In this document: piece by piece, positions 63,556 through 64,000 of the stretch
How positions within the stretch are numbered: position 1 is the first letter of the stretch
Layout of the letters: every line of letters begins with the position of its first letter
Assembly: GCA_965218825.1 (NCBI GenBank)
Contig: OZ244656.1
Span: forward strand, 836,965 to 900,964
Direction of reading: 5' to 3'
DNA from: Vicinamibacterales bacterium
Lineage (GTDB): Bacteria > Acidobacteriota > Vicinamibacteria > Vicinamibacterales > UBA8438
DNA: 64,000 bases
The notes under the pieces: model-generated
The model's input: the letters and a program-made list of their open reading frames with translations, nothing else
Database searches by the model: none
What the model was told of the DNA's origin: nothing
Translations under genes and position numbers: made by a program

Positions 63556-64000
63556 ATGCGCGACCCGATCATCCTGCTGGTGCACCTGATCGCCACCCTG
63601 GCCCGGCTGATGGGCCCCGGCGGCCTGCGGTCTGTCGTGGCTGAATCGGTCTTGGTCAAGCAGCAACTGCTCATTCTGAATCGCTCGCGGCACCGGGCGC
63701 CGAATCTCTGCGCGTCGGATCGGATCCTCGCCGGCGTGTGTGCACTGTTCATGCGCCCGGCCCGGGTGATTCGCTCAGCGATCGTGCTGAGACCGTCGAC
63801 GATCCTGGAGTTCCATCGGGCTCTATCGAGGAGCGCTGTGCGACGGTCGATCACTGGCAGAACTCAAGTCAACGCCAGCGCTGGCTGGCCACTGCGCTCC
63901 TGGACATCGAGCCACGCCTGCGCAAGGTGATGGGCTACCGGCACCTGCCCAGGCTTCGTGACGCATTGAAGCGAGAGCTGAAGATCGACACGACGACGTC
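63556..64000 (+). mobile_element. IS-derived fragments in two frames (family not assigned); runs off the window
   Basis: MRDPIILLVHLIATLARLMGPGGLRSVVAESVLVKQQLLILNRSRHRAPNL..STILEFHRAL is an N-terminus I recall from DDE integrase/transposase genes. From ~63860 another frame gives ..RQRWLATALLDIEPRLRKVMGYRHLPRLRDALKREL, a transposase C-terminus-like tail. Confidence 0.4.

Overview
This is a high-GC bacterial chromosomal segment, and almost all of it is rearranged accessory DNA. All calls were made by eye from the ORF translations and the nucleotide text. No database, HMM or alignment tool was used, so family names are motif-level assignments and element boundaries are approximate (about +/-10-30 bp).

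Ordinary-looking chromosome is limited to a few loci:
- the 3' part of a phosphofructokinase gene (1-953)
- an ECF sigma / anti-sigma / secreted-protein trio
- tRNA-Arg(CCU)
- an autotransporter-type outer-membrane protein
- an AlkA-like glycosylase
- a VTC-DUF4956-CotH cluster

Main accessory blocks:
1. 1.36-14.5 kb, plus one outlier at 50.3 kb. At least seven full or partial head-to-tail copies of a ~1.9-kb modular unit. Each unit has a ~30-bp AT-rich junction motif (L), a ~230-nt conserved non-coding leader (R), and small genes orfA, orfB, orfC and a ParB-like nuclease gene (orfD). Unrelated cargo genes and IS debris lie between the copies.
2. 14.7-19.2 kb. One co-directional gene string: P4-like integrase, a 248-aa unknown, an AlpA-like HTH protein, a ParB-like protein and an IS91-family Y2/HUH transposase. 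It ends at an orphan tRNA-Thr(CGU) 3' half.
3. 21.5-29.6 kb. Visibly more AT-rich. It carries a truncated PLD-helicase, a 1104-aa metallophosphoesterase-TPR protein, a DUF2971-like protein, an HsdR tail remnant and an HEPN-like protein.
4. 30.5-34.2 kb. A tyrosine recombinase plus IS91-family transposase unit bracketed by ~50-bp direct repeats.
5. 34.5-44.8 kb. A DGQHR (DndB-like) protein with an HEPN-like partner, a B12-like radical SAM enzyme, three paralogous ParB-like proteins, an SNF2 helicase and a small PD-(D/E)xK nuclease. This is my best candidate for an undescribed DNA-modification or defence system.
6. 46.7-48.8 kb. A decayed type I-E CRISPR-Cas locus: half of cas1, an intact cas2, and 9 repeats cut by an IS.
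7. More than a dozen IS elements or fragments (IS3, IS5/IS903-like, IS1182-like, IS21, IS30, IS91, IS110, IS630, IS1380). Several have truncated defence-type helicase and nuclease genes.
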